Both the position numbers and the translations under genes were made by a program. Shown one piece after another: positions 1 to 9,495 of a stretch of DNA of 64,000 bases. Positions within the stretch are counted from its first letter, which is position 1, and every line of letters starts with the position of its first letter. The notes under the pieces were generated by a model that made no database searches, was not told the origin of the DNA, and saw only the letters and a list, made by a program, of their open reading frames with translations. Origin of the DNA: Candidatus Parcubacteria bacterium (lineage in GTDB: Bacteria > Patescibacteriota > Minisyncoccia > Minisyncoccales > JAGLUP01); NCBI GenBank assembly GCA_023134715.1, contig JAGLUP010000002.1, forward strand, positions 15,906-79,905, given 5' to 3'.

Positions 1-46
1 GATATTTAATAAAAATTAGAAATTAGAAATTAGAAATTAATAAACT

Positions 47-613
47 ATGACTGAAGAAAAAAAAGACGAAAAAGTTAAAGAAACGAAAGAAGAAGCTCCA
101 AAAATAGAGGAAAAGCCGAAAGAGGAAGCTCCAAAAACAGAAGAAAAACCTCAGGAAAAACCTGAAGAACCTAAAAAGGAAGTAAAAGAGGAAAAACCTA
201 AAGAGGAAGAAAAAAAAGACATAGAAGTGCCGAAGAAGTTTAAAAAATTAGTGGAAGAGATTGAGCAGATGTCTGTTTTGGATTTAGCTGAATTAGTAAA
301 AATCTTAGAGGAAAAGTTTGGTGTTTCAGCTGCCGCTCCGGTAGCGGTTGCCGCGGGTCCTGCCGCAGGCGCTGATGCGGGCGAAGCAGAAAAAAGCGTG
401 TTCACTGTTGTTTTAACAGCAATAGGGGACAAGAAAATTGAAGTAATTAAAACAGTTCGGGATATTACTGAAAAAGGATTAAAAGAAGCGAAGGATTTAG
501 TTGACGCGGCCGCGTCCGAGCCACAGACAGTTAAAGAAAACGTGAAGAAAGAAGAAGCAGAAGAAATGAAAAAGAAATTTGTGGAAGCCGGCGCTAATGT
601 GGAGTTGAAGTAG
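47..613 (+). CDS. rplL: 50S ribosomal protein L7/L12 with a ~60-aa Lys/Glu/Pro-rich N-terminal extension
   Basis: The C-terminal half ([24 protein letters not shown]...[12 protein letters not shown]) is the canonical L7/L12 CTD. An Ala/Gly hinge precedes it, and a terminator follows. Confidence 0.9.
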   Translation: MTEEKKDEKVKETKEEAPKIEEKPKEEAPKTEEKPQEKPEEPKKEVKEEKPKEEEKKDIEVPKKFKKLVEEIEQMSVLDLAELVKILEEKFGVSAAAPVAVAAGPAAGADAGEAEKSVFTVVLTAIGDKKIEVIKTVRDITEKGLKEAKDLVDAAASEPQTVKENVKKEEAEEMKKKFVEAGANVELK

Positions 614-633
614 GGGATTGATATATTAAAATT

Positions 634-661
634 AAAAAGCGCAGCTTATGCTGCGCTTTTT
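634..661 (+). terminator. Intrinsic terminator after rplL
   Basis: Hairpin GCGCAGC-ttat-GCTGCGC, flanked by an A-run and a T-run. Confidence 0.7.
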
Positions 662-749
662 ATGTTCCTTTTAATACGGACAAATAACGTACATTTTAAC
701 GGACTTCAGGTTTTAAAATCACGCAATAATCGCGCAAAAAACCACGCAA

Positions 750-1814
750 TCAAGTATTTAATACATAAAAACTGGCTGGTCCTTTTTCTTCTTTTCTAAG
801 TAATTTTAGTTTTACTAAATCTTGCAAATATAGCTGGGCTGTTCTTTTTGCCACACTTAAAATATCAACTACATCATTACTGTCAATTCTGCCCATTGTC
901 ATCATAAAATCAACGATCTTAATCTGATTTTTATCCAGATACACCTGTCCACCGATTTTGCCTTTCATCTTAACGTCCAAGCTTAAAGGTATAACAGTAT
1001 TCTTAATACTTTCCATTTCAGTTTTAAATCCTTTGATAAAATATTCCAGCCAAATAGTTAAATCGCCCTGCGCCCGTTCTTTATAATTTTTACCTAAATG
1101 AATTGCTTTATAATATGCCGGTCTGTTCTGATTATAATAACTTTCTAAGGCAAAAAATTTACGGAAATCATATCCTCTTTGGTAAAGAATTAAAGTAGCT
1201 AAAAGGCGAGCAGTTCTGCCATTGCCGTCGGCAAAAGGATGAATAGCGGCAATTTCTGAATGAGCAATAGCGGCTGTGATTATGGGACAAATATTCTTTT
1301 TCCCAGCTTGATTAAGCCATTTGACTAAATTTCCGGTTAATTTCGGCAATTGGTTAGCTCCTGGTCCAGTATAAGAAACCTTGATAATTTTGCTGCCGCG
1401 GCGGACGACTACATAAACTTTATCTTTCCTAAAATGACCACATTGAGCTTGAGCAATAGTATTTTTAGCGACTAAGCCATGAATTTCTAAAATTGTTTTG
1501 GCAGTAATTTTTCGTTTTTTCTCCACGAATTTAGAAATATAATATAGCGCGTCGCGATAATTTTTGACTTCAAAAATATCCCGCTGAGGAGCATCAACTT
1601 TTTTACCAGCCAAAACTTTTTCCACTTCATAGCGATTCAAAATATTTCCTTCAATACTGGTAGAAGAATGAATCATTCGCGCTAACGCCTGCCGTCTTAA
1701 TTTTAATTCCTGCTTAGGGAGGATTGGCGTATGCAAAACTAATGACTTAATTTCAGCAACTTTCATTAAATCATTAAGAATTTGATGAGTAATTGTGTAT
1801 TTTGGCTCAAACAT
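750..1814 (-). CDS. Fic/DOC family protein with C-terminal winged-helix-like region
   Basis: Fic active-site motif HPFADGNGRTARL is present. Length is 354 aa. Confidence 0.9.
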   Translation of the reverse strand: MFEPKYTITHQILNDLMKVAEIKSLVLHTPILPKQELKLRRQALARMIHSSTSIEGNILNRYEVEKVLAGKKVDAPQRDIFEVKNYRDALYYISKFVEKKRKITAKTILEIHGLVAKNTIAQAQCGHFRKDKVYVVVRRGSKIIKVSYTGPGANQLPKLTGNLVKWLNQAGKKNICPIITAAIAHSEIAAIHPFADGNGRTARLLATLILYQRGYDFRKFFALESYYNQNRPAYYKAIHLGKNYKERAQGDLTIWLEYFIKGFKTEMESIKNTVIPLSLDVKMKGKIGGQVYLDKNQIKIVDFMMTMGRIDSNDVVDILSVAKRTAQLYLQDLVKLKLLRKEEKGPASFYVLNT

Positions 1815-1823
1815 ATATTCTTT

Positions 1824-1930
1824 ATTATATCATATAATCTTTTAATTGCGAAATAGATTTTTCGGAATAATATAAAATAATAAACATAACAAACTAGGTC
1901 GATCGGCCTAGTTTGTTACGTTTCTAAATT
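1824..1930. repeat. 107-bp block B, copy 1 (repeated at 3033-3139)
   Basis: Near-identical to 3033-3139. It contains the palindrome AACAAACTAGG..CCTAGTTTGTT and, read on the minus strand, a TTCGCA-17-TATAAT promoter-like site just upstream of Fic. Confidence 0.8.
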
Positions 1931-2039
1931 CTATTGATATTTTTAACACTAAAAATATGATTAGAAATGGACTGGACTACCATTTTAACCCGTATTAAAA
2001 TGGTAGTTAACGATTAATAAATATGAAGCTATTATAGTA

Positions 2040-2110
2040 GAAGCCGGCGCTAATGTGGAGTTGAAGTAGGGGATTGATATGTTAAAATTAAAAAGCGCAG
2101 CATAAGCTGC
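2040..2110. repeat. Duplicate of the rplL 3' end plus terminator (copy of 584-661)
   Basis: GAAGCCGGCGCTAATGTGGAGTTGAAGTAGGGGATTGATAT..AAAAAGCGCAGC recurs here. The terminator loop is reverse-complemented (ataa versus ttat). Confidence 0.85.
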
Positions 2111-2150
2111 GTTTTTTAATTTTTCTCTTTTTAAGAATTTTTATTTTCAA

Positions 2151-2501
2151 CTATTTTTTTTCTTTATAAATCCATTTGCCTTTTTTCTTAGCAAGAGACA
2201 TAATAGCAGAATGTTTCTCAATTTCAGTAAATTCTTTAGGAGTATAACCAATGACATCCATAGCGATTTCATAGGTAACATCATCTCTCATCCGTGAAAG
2301 CCATTGAAGCCGATTTCTAAATTCCTTTTTTGAAAAATCAGGAGAGACAACGACCAAATCTACATCACTATGTTTGGTGGGTTTTCCCCATGCAAAAGAA
2401 CCAAACAAAAGCACCCCCTTAACTCTGATTTTTCCTTTGAGATTTTCAATATAGTGATTGATTATTTTTTCAGGAAATTTTATTTTTGTTTTCTGAGCCA
2501 T
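2151..2501 (-). CDS. Nucleotidyltransferase-domain protein (MNT-type partner of HEPN)
   Basis: GSFAWGKPTKHSDVDLVVV is an NTase G-S..D-x-D motif. The gene overlaps the upstream HEPN gene by 22 nt. Confidence 0.85.
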   Translation of the reverse strand: MAQKTKIKFPEKIINHYIENLKGKIRVKGVLLFGSFAWGKPTKHSDVDLVVVSPDFSKKEFRNRLQWLSRMRDDVTYEIAMDVIGYTPKEFTEIEKHSAIMSLAKKKGKWIYKEKK

Positions 2502-2875
2502 AAGAAAAAAACTTTAGTTTTTTGTAAATAAGTTATGGTAAAATCCTTATCAGGTTGAGGAAGAGATTTATAAATTATATCAGGATACCGTGATCTTAAA
2601 TAAAATTCATTAAGATCTTCCAAAAACTGCTTTTGCTGTTCTGATAAAGATATTTCAGACATTTTAGCTAACCTTGGCAAATCGTGAATTTTTAATAATT
2701 CCTTTCCTTTCTTAATTATTAACATTTTTAACATTTTCTCAATACTTTGATGGCAATGCCAAAGAATTAATAAATATGTCCAATTAGTAGGCCTTGGACT
2801 TTGAAATAATCTTTGAGCAGCATCTAAATCTGCTTGAGCGTAAAGTATCCATTTTTTGAGAATCTCATTCATCAT
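2480..2875 (-). CDS. HEPN-domain protein (NTase/HEPN toxin-antitoxin-like pair)
   Basis: Helical 131-aa protein with an LRSRYPD motif. It is translationally coupled to the NTase gene. Confidence 0.75.
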   Translation of the reverse strand: MMNEILKKWILYAQADLDAAQRLFQSPRPTNWTYLLILWHCHQSIEKMLKMLIIKKGKELLKIHDLPRLAKMSEISLSEQQKQFLEDLNEFYLRSRYPDIIYKSLPQPDKDFTITYLQKTKVFFLWLRKQK

Positions 2876-3032
2876 TTATATTATACTAAATTTAATTTTT
2901 TTGTCAAAAATTATATTTAATCATGAAATTATTTAAAGCAGTTTGGGATATCACGACAGAATCACGACAGAAATCGCGACATTAGTTAAAATAAGCTGCT
3001 AACATTGATATTATTCTACGCTCTCATTATCC

Positions 3033-3139
3033 ATTATATCATATAATCTTTTAATTGCGAAATAGATTTTTCGGAATAATATAAAATAATAAACGTAACA
3101 AATCAGGTCGATCGGCCTAGTTTGTTACGTTTCTAAATT
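3033..3139. repeat. 107-bp block B, copy 2
   Basis: Near-identical to 1824-1930. The hairpin CCATTTTAA-tacggg-TTAAAATGG follows; its loop is the reverse complement of the copy at ~1981-2003. Confidence 0.8.
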
Positions 3140-3202
3140 ACATGACTACCATTTTAATACGGGTTAAAATGGGGGAGATAGGACATTGGGAACGTAAGAG
3201 GG

Positions 3203-3230
3203 TTGACATTTCTGTTAGGCGTGTTATAAT
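3203..3230 (+). promoter_or_regulatory. Sigma70-like promoter with no annotated gene downstream
   Basis: TTGACA (3203-3208), 16-nt spacer, TATAAT (3225-3230). Confidence 0.5.
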
Positions 3231-3297
3231 GTAATAAATTAAGGAGTATAGCTATATGCTATGCTTTTTAATTTTCTACCCCGCCTCTGCGGGGACA

Positions 3298-3412
3298 AAA
3301 GGGAAACTATGTCTGGGCGCCGAGTTGGCGATGTTTGACTAATGACTTCGGTCATTTGGTTAAACATTATTTCCTCCCCAATTTTGGCGTTCGGACATAG
3401 TTTCCCTTTTTG
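3298..3412 (+). ncRNA. Candidate structured RNA of unknown class (long irregular hairpin)
   Basis: A 16-bp closing stem pairs AAAGGGAAACTATGTC (3298-3313) with GACATAGTTTCCCTTT (3394-3409). Internal helices are CGCC/GGCG, TTGG/CCAA and ATGTTT/AAACAT. The apical hairpin is AATGAC-UUCG-GTCATT (3341-3356), and a T-rich tail follows the closing stem. Confidence 0.35.
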
Positions 3413-3610
3413 TTTAATTTGTTATCCGATATACTTGACAAGACATTATGCTTGACATAATATGAAAAAAGAGTATAGTATATATTGTAAAGCTTATGAC
3501 ATTAACTATGACATTAAAAGTTTTAGAAATTTCAATAGAAATAAGACGAGAAAAGGCCTTTTAAATTGGGCTTTTTCTTTTGAAAAAATTTTAAATTATA
3601 GTTGTAAATT

Positions 3611-3865
3611 ATGTATTATGTGTATTTCCTAAAGAATGCTGACAGTAAAGTATATGTAGGCTATACCAATAACCTAAGAAGAAGAATAGGAGAACATAAT
3701 CGTGGCAGGGGAGGTAAATACACAAAATATAAAGGCCCATTTAAATTAGTTTATTATGAAGCGTATGAGTCAGAAAAAGATGCAAAAAAGAGAGAGGATA
3801 ATTTAAAATTACATAAAAATGCTTATACTCAATTAAAAAAAAGAATATCAGAAAGTTTAACATAA
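3611..3865 (+). CDS. GIY-YIG nuclease-domain protein
   Basis: N-terminus YYVYFLKN..KVYVGYTNNLRRRIGEHN matches the GIY-YIG signature. Confidence 0.85.
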   Translation: MYYVYFLKNADSKVYVGYTNNLRRRIGEHNRGRGGKYTKYKGPFKLVYYEAYESEKDAKKREDNLKLHKNAYTQLKKRISESLT

Positions 3866-3992
3866 AATCCCCCACCTATTCATAGGTGGGGGAAAAGGTC
3901 GAACCCCAACAACTAATTAAGATTTGAAATTAGTGTTGAGGGAAACTTTGGGAGGAAAAAATAATTATTAATAATTTAAAAAATATAAAAAT

Positions 3993-4811
3993 ATGAACAA
4001 AAATATATTAATTAGTTTAGCAATTATCGGCTTAGTAGCCGCAGTTGCGGTTACCGGAACCATCGCATATTTCAGCGACACCGAAACCAGCCCTAACAAC
4101 AAAATAACTGCCGGCGCTTTGGATTTAACTGTTAATGGTTATAATAACCCTGCGTTCGCGGTTGTTACTATTGACGATATGAAACCTTCACAGACATGGT
4201 ACAGCGGACCCATTACTCTTACAGTACATAATAATCCAGGCGATTTATACAAGCACATAGTAAAAAAAGATATGTGTTGTGTAACGGTTGATGTAACAGA
4301 ACCTGAATGTACTGATCAAAAGGGAACATGGACAGAAGGCGCAACTCCAGGTACAGGAGAATGTACAAGTATGCCTTACGGAGATAATGATTATTTGCCA
4401 GAGGTTACTTGGTTTGACTTAGAAGTTTGGGTTGACGACAATGGAGATGGTGTTATAGATGAAGATGAATGGGATGTGATTATTGCTGACGGCACAGTAA
4501 CAGTTGACGAAATTGCTTCTTACTGGATTTATTTAGGAAGATACGGTAAAGACTTAACAGATAATGAAATTACCATTCGCCAGAGCTTCCACATGGACAA
4601 AGACGCTGGCAATGAATATCAAAGTGACAGTTGCACATTCAGTGAGGAATTTATGGTATTACAGACAAACGCGCCGCACCCAGACGATGTTGTGAATGTT
4701 TATGAAACAGGCACAACTCTTTGCACCGATGGCATAGATAATGATTTTGATGGTTTTATTGATTGTGTATGCGGTAATGAGGATCCAGGATGTGGATGTG
4801 TATGTCCATAA
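3993..4811 (+). CDS. Secreted TasA/camelysin-like protein with SipW-type signal peptide and Cys/Asp-rich C-terminus
   Basis: N-terminus MNKNILISLAIIGLVAAVAVTGTIAYFSDTETS..NKITAGALDL. The C-terminus carries CTDGIDNDFDGFIDC. Confidence 0.75.
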   Translation: MNKNILISLAIIGLVAAVAVTGTIAYFSDTETSPNNKITAGALDLTVNGYNNPAFAVVTIDDMKPSQTWYSGPITLTVHNNPGDLYKHIVKKDMCCVTVDVTEPECTDQKGTWTEGATPGTGECTSMPYGDNDYLPEVTWFDLEVWVDDNGDGVIDEDEWDVIIADGTVTVDEIASYWIYLGRYGKDLTDNEITIRQSFHMDKDAGNEYQSDSCTFSEEFMVLQTNAPHPDDVVNVYETGTTLCTDGIDNDFDGFIDCVCGNEDPGCGCVCP

Positions 4812-4945
4812 AGATAGAGAAATTGACTGTTTTTTATCCCGCTCTTTTTGAAAGAGCGGGAATGTAAAGGAGTTAAAATAAATAAAGCTTAAAGGAGGAG
4901 AAAAGGTCGATGGATTTAAAAATATAATAATAACTTATAGAACTT

Positions 4946-5569
4946 ATGAGTAAAAATATAATAATTAGTTTAGCGATTATTGGCGCAGTCGCGGCTATTG
5001 CAGTTACTGGAACCATTGCTTACTTTTTTGATACCGAAACAAGCAGCGGTAATACTTTTACTGCCGGCACGATTGATTTGACACTCAATGAAACTGCCGG
5101 AGCCCCGATTAACTTAACCAATATGGCACCCGGCGATACGGCATCGGGAAGCATGGTCGTGACAAACGTTGGCAGTTTGGTTGGCTGGCTGGGAGCGCGA
5201 TCTTCTTATGTGGAAGAAAGCCCTATAGGAGATACAGGAGCTGCTATTCCTAATATGAATGCTGATGAAATGGCCAAGATGTTATTAATAACCGCGTTTA
5301 CAGCTGATGGATTTGATATGTTAGCTGCGGGTAAAATTCCGGATGTTGACGCTGATGGCAGAACAACAGTATATGACATAGTAAATGATACAAGCGCGAT
5401 AGCTCCTCCTCATGCAGGCGGTTTGTGGTATTCTTATGATGCAGATATGACATCAGGGGAGAGCCATACATACTCTCTAACTGTCCAGTTTGACCCAATT
5501 GCCGGAAACGACTACCAAGGCGATGGAATAGTATGGACTTTTGAATTCTTGCTTGACCAGCAATTATAG
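4946..5569 (+). CDS. Secreted TasA/camelysin-like protein (SipW-type signal peptide)
   Basis: Paralogous N-terminus ..GTIAYFFDTETSSGNTFTAGTIDL. Confidence 0.75.
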   Translation: MSKNIIISLAIIGAVAAIAVTGTIAYFFDTETSSGNTFTAGTIDLTLNETAGAPINLTNMAPGDTASGSMVVTNVGSLVGWLGARSSYVEESPIGDTGAAIPNMNADEMAKMLLITAFTADGFDMLAAGKIPDVDADGRTTVYDIVNDTSAIAPPHAGGLWYSYDADMTSGESHTYSLTVQFDPIAGNDYQGDGIVWTFEFLLDQQL

Positions 5570-5665
5570 TAATCAGGCGGATTTATGTAACAGTTTAAAA
5601 TTTTTTTGATTGTCTCAATTCATTCCTTATGGCATTGGGGCAATCTGTAAAGATTTTAAAAAATT

Positions 5666-6910
5666 ATGGATAAGAAAATTATAATTAGTTCAGCAATAAT
5701 TGGCTTAGTTGCCGCAGCTGCGGTTAGCGGAACTGTCGCTTATTTCAATGACACTGAAACCAGTGAAGACAATGCTTTTACTGCCGGGACTTTGAATTTG
5801 GAAGTGGGCGGTAATGACCCTACTGATTGGCATTTTGAAGCGCTTAATATTAAACCTGGAGATACTGGCTCAGAAGAAGTATTATTGCAAAACACCGGCA
5901 GTTTAGACGGCTATTTACATATTACTTTTGCTAATTTAGTTAATGATGAGATGGGTTGCACCGAACCAGAGGGTCAGCCAGAGGGGTCAGATACTACTTG
6001 CGATAACCCAGGGGAAGGCGATGGAGAATTGGCGGAAAATTTAGATTTGCTGATTTATCTTGATGAAGATTCAAGTGATAATTTTGTTTTGGGAACTGAC
6101 ACTTTAGTTTATCAAGGGAAAGCAAGAGGAATTTTACAAGGCGATGAATTTAATTATTTTTTAGCAAGCAGCAGTTTAAAAGATTTTCGGGTTGAATGGG
6201 AGCTTCCTACTTTAACAGGCAACGAAGCCCAGAGCGACAAAGCCGGCTTTGATATTGTTTTTGAATTAACACAAACGCAAAAAGATATAGTAGGCAACTG
6301 GCATTTTAATGAAGGAGAGGGGCTTACTGCTTATGATTCCTCTGGCAGAGGAAATGACGGAACTTTAAGCAGTGATGATTTCTGGGCAGACGGACAATAT
6401 AATCCAGCGCTGGGATTTGACGGAAATGATAATAATGTTGTTATACCTGACTCAGACAGCTTAAAACCAACTTTCGTAACATTGGAAGCATGGGTTAAGA
6501 GTAATGGTTCGCCTGGAAATCATAGATATATTGCCGGAAAATGTTATGGCGGCGGATGGGGTTCTTATCATCTTTATACCGGAAACACAGGAGGACTTAA
6601 ATTTTACATAGGATATGACGGAAGTTATGTTGCTTCCCCAAACGTAAGCGCGGCAAATATATGGGATGACAACTGGCATCATATTACTGGAACTTATGAC
6701 GGCTCTACGGTAAAACTTTATGTGGACGGCGCTGAAATTCCTGGAGGAACAGGAACCACAGAGGATATTGCTTATAACACAGAGGATTTTTACATCGGCA
6801 GTTATGGAACAATCGGATATTACTTTAGCGGTTTGATTGACGAGGTTAAGGTTTATTCAAGAGCTTTAAGCGGTAGCGAAATTTCAGACCATTATAATGC
6901 AGGGCTATAA
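5666..6910 (+). CDS. TasA/camelysin-like N-terminal domain fused to a LamG/concanavalin-A-like domain
   Basis: SipW-type signal (GTVAYFNDTETS..FTAGTLNL). The C-terminal half has LamG-like motifs (GNWHFNEG..GNDGTL, TLEAWVK, WHHITGTYDGSTVKLYVDG, GLIDEVKVYSRAL). Confidence 0.75.
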   Translation: MDKKIIISSAIIGLVAAAAVSGTVAYFNDTETSEDNAFTAGTLNLEVGGNDPTDWHFEALNIKPGDTGSEEVLLQNTGSLDGYLHITFANLVNDEMGCTEPEGQPEGSDTTCDNPGEGDGELAENLDLLIYLDEDSSDNFVLGTDTLVYQGKARGILQGDEFNYFLASSSLKDFRVEWELPTLTGNEAQSDKAGFDIVFELTQTQKDIVGNWHFNEGEGLTAYDSSGRGNDGTLSSDDFWADGQYNPALGFDGNDNNVVIPDSDSLKPTFVTLEAWVKSNGSPGNHRYIAGKCYGGGWGSYHLYTGNTGGLKFYIGYDGSYVASPNVSAANIWDDNWHHITGTYDGSTVKLYVDGAEIPGGTGTTEDIAYNTEDFYIGSYGTIGYYFSGLIDEVKVYSRALSGSEISDHYNAGL

Positions 6911-7433
6911 TATGAAAATATTTAAAATAATTTATTACATTTTTATTGGATTGATTGCGTTGGTTGCGGTTTTGCTGATTGTTTCAACTTTTGAAATCCC
7001 TGGAAATTTCAAGGCAATGACAGTTCTTTCCGGCTCAATGGAGCCAGCGATTAAAATGGGAAGCGTGGTAGTGGTGAAACCAGCAGGTGATTATAAAATT
7101 AATGATGTTATTACTTTTGGAGAGATGACAAAGACAAAGACGCCGACTACTCACAGAATAGTTGATATGAGGGTAACAGAAGGCGTGCCTTCATATATTA
7201 CCAAAGGCGACGCTAATAACGCGCCTGATACAAGAGAAGTTTTAAAAAAAGAAATAATTGGAAAAGTTTTATTTTCTGTGCCGTACGCGGGATACGCGGT
7301 TGACGCGGCGCGAAAACCAATAGGATTTGCGTTATTGATAATTATTCCCGCCTTGCTTATAATTTTTGATGAAGTTAGAAAAATTTACGCGGAAATTAAG
7401 AAGAAAAAACAAATTACAAATCATGAGAAATAG
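6897..7433 (+). CDS. Signal peptidase I, SipW/archaeal type
   Basis: N-terminal TM helix followed by the LSGSMEP catalytic-Ser motif, with a C-terminal TM helix. An alternative start at ATG 6912 avoids overlap with the upstream gene. Confidence 0.85.
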   Translation: MQGYNMKIFKIIYYIFIGLIALVAVLLIVSTFEIPGNFKAMTVLSGSMEPAIKMGSVVVVKPAGDYKINDVITFGEMTKTKTPTTHRIVDMRVTEGVPSYITKGDANNAPDTREVLKKEIIGKVLFSVPYAGYAVDAARKPIGFALLIIIPALLIIFDEVRKIYAEIKKKKQITNHEK

Positions 7434-9489
7434 TTTTATTAAAATTGTATGTTCGTTGTTGATTATCGGGCTTAACTGGGCTGGGATTTCGGCTGTGGGG
7501 CAGACATTGGCTTATTTCAATGATATTGAAGATTCTCCAAACAATATTTACAGCGCCGCTGTTTTAGATTTTTCTCTTGACTCTGCGTTAGATTTTGAGC
7601 CGGAAGTAATTCCTAATACTCAAAACTCTCTTAGAACTATTACTGTTCAAAATGACGGCAGTTTAGCAGATTTTGAATATAGTGTCAGAGTAGAAAACGC
7701 TACCGGCACTTTATGTAATGATTTAATGCTTGAAGATGGTTTAAGCGGCGTTGCTCAATCCTTAGATAGTTTTATTTCAACGACTACTACTTTTTTAAGT
7801 AAACAAAACTGGACTTTTACAGCAACACTTCCAAATGACGACCCGGCTTTAGAAAATCAATCTTGCGATTTCACTTTTGTTTTTGAAGGAAAAAATGGAT
7901 TTTCAGACATTGAAAAAATTGAAAATACAATAATCAGTGGTCAATGGGGCGCTCATTTGGTAATAAATAAAGTTTATTATAATCCAGACGCTGCTCATCA
8001 AGGGCCGTCCGGCGAAGAAAAATTTGAATGGATAGAGCTTTATAATTCCGGTACTCAACCTGTTAATTTACAGGATTGGGATATTTGTGACAATGATGAC
8101 TGCATGAATATTAATCCTAATGTAGATATTCCAGCTTTAGGATACGCTTTAATTTCTCACGCTAACAGCACCTGGAAGTATTGGGAGATTGATATAGATG
8201 GAGTAATAACAATTCATCAATTAGGAGGAACGCCTATTGCAATGGATAACACTGCTGATATGCTTATTTTAAAGAATGACAATAACATAATTATTGACCA
8301 GATGAATTGGGGAGCTCCTACTTCTACTTGGCCAAATTATAATTCAGGAGTGGGAATTTGGCATCCTGGAGTGCCTGACGCACCAGAAGGATATATGTTG
8401 GGCAGGGTGCCGAATGGTCATGATACTGACACGGTTGGTGATTGGCAGGGTTTAGGTCTGCCGAGCGTAACCGGAATAAACGTAAATCCGCTGCAAGCCG
8501 AACATTACGGTTGCTGCGGCAACGGTAATGAGGGTGTTTCTCAAGGTGACTGTCTTACCAGCTGGTACCACGCGCCGGGAGTGTATTACAGCCAGCAATT
8601 AACCATTGGCTGGACAGCGACAACTCCTAATGCTTCCGGTGATGGCGGACTTTCAATTGATATTGCTTATATTACTGATAATGACTGCAGTGGAGATATT
8701 TCAGGCGGAGACATTTCCTATGCTGTCGCAAGCGGCATAGCCAATAGCGGAAGCTATGTTTGGACTGGCTGGATTAGTGGTTGGGATGGCACTTTATGGC
8801 AAGATGAAAATAATGATGTTGTTCCGTATTTTTACGGATTCACCTGGATTAAAATAACCGTTACCGGCTCTGAAAATTTTATGCTTAGGGATTCCGAGGT
8901 GAGCATTCCAATGTTTGAACCCCTGCCTCCGGGAATTAGTTTTGAAGACCTTTACTCAATACCCGGAAGCTCTTGCAATAGCTGTAGTTTAGGCGGCGCG
9001 GATGATAGTATAATAACAGGCGGCGATAGTGGCGCGGGCGAGGAAGCGACAACAACAGAAGCTGAAACTGCTGACGCAACTATCGATGAGGCGACGACAA
9101 CAGAGGAAGTGGCGACAACCACGGAACCCGCCGAAAGTCCTGCGGACATTCAGGCGGGCGAGGAAGTGGCAACGACAACAGAAACCGTAAGCACAACTAC
9201 TGACGCAACTAGCGATGAAGCGACTACCACAGAGGAAGTGGCTACAACCACTGAACCCGCCCAAAGCGAAGGCATTCAGGCGGGCGAGGAAGCAACAACG
9301 ACAGAAGAGGTGGTGGCGACAACAACAGATGATGTCATCGAGGAAGCTGCCGAGGAACCTGAGCCAATAATTGAAGTGATTGAACCCGCCGAAAGTCCTG
9401 CGGACATTCAGGCGGGCGGGGAGCCAGCGACTACGCCAGAGGATATTCCTGTTGACGATACTGAAACAGGTGATGGTGAGACAGAATAA
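7423..9489 (+). CDS. Large secreted protein: SipW-type signal, TasA-like region, lamin-tail domain, Thr/Glu-rich C-terminal repeats
   Basis: QTLAYFNDIEDSPNNIYSAAVLDF; LTD-like LVINKVYYNPD...EWIELYNSG..VNLQDWDI; tandem ATTTEEVATTTEPAESPADIQAGEE repeats. The start is moved to ATG 7423 (the track gives 7366). Confidence 0.75.
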   Translation: MRNSFIKIVCSLLIIGLNWAGISAVGQTLAYFNDIEDSPNNIYSAAVLDFSLDSALDFEPEVIPNTQNSLRTITVQNDGSLADFEYSVRVENATGTLCNDLMLEDGLSGVAQSLDSFISTTTTFLSKQNWTFTATLPNDDPALENQSCDFTFVFEGKNGFSDIEKIENTIISGQWGAHLVINKVYYNPDAAHQGPSGEEKFEWIELYNSGTQPVNLQDWDICDNDDCMNINPNVDIPALGYALISHANSTWKYWEIDIDGVITIHQLGGTPIAMDNTADMLILKNDNNIIIDQMNWGAPTSTWPNYNSGVGIWHPGVPDAPEGYMLGRVPNGHDTDTVGDWQGLGLPSVTGINVNPLQAEHYGCCGNGNEGVSQGDCLTSWYHAPGVYYSQQLTIGWTATTPNASGDGGLSIDIAYITDNDCSGDISGGDISYAVASGIANSGSYVWTGWISGWDGTLWQDENNDVVPYFYGFTWIKITVTGSENFMLRDSEVSIPMFEPLPPGISFEDLYSIPGSSCNSCSLGGADDSIITGGDSGAGEEATTTEAETADATIDEATTTEEVATTTEPAESPADIQAGEEVATTTETVSTTTDATSDEATTTEEVATTTEPAQSEGIQAGEEATTTEEVVATTTDDVIEEAAEEPEPIIEVIEPAESPADIQAGGEPATTPEDIPVDDTETGDGETE

Positions 9490-9495
9490 AATATT

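Noticed and set aside
13-40. AGAAATT x4 tandem repeat just upstream of rplL.
   Set aside because: It is a short 7-bp microsatellite with no spacers, so it is not CRISPR-like. It may simply be AT-rich leader sequence.
151-432. Antisense ORFs overlapping well-supported genes. Examples: 151-432, 5298-5498, 6461-6682, 8952-9264, 10428-10694, 12449-12895, 15509-15796, 18499-18702, 41058-42344, 49895-50353, 51443-51745, 53031-53366.
   Set aside because: Each lies opposite a gene with clear family motifs. They have low-complexity or repeat-mirroring translations and no SD, so they are shadow ORFs.
9000-9460. Regular ~75-120-nt repeats that could suggest a CRISPR array.
   Set aside because: They lie inside a long ORF and encode in-frame Thr/Glu-rich protein repeats (ATTTEEVATTTEPAESPADIQAGEE). 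There is no repeat-spacer structure.
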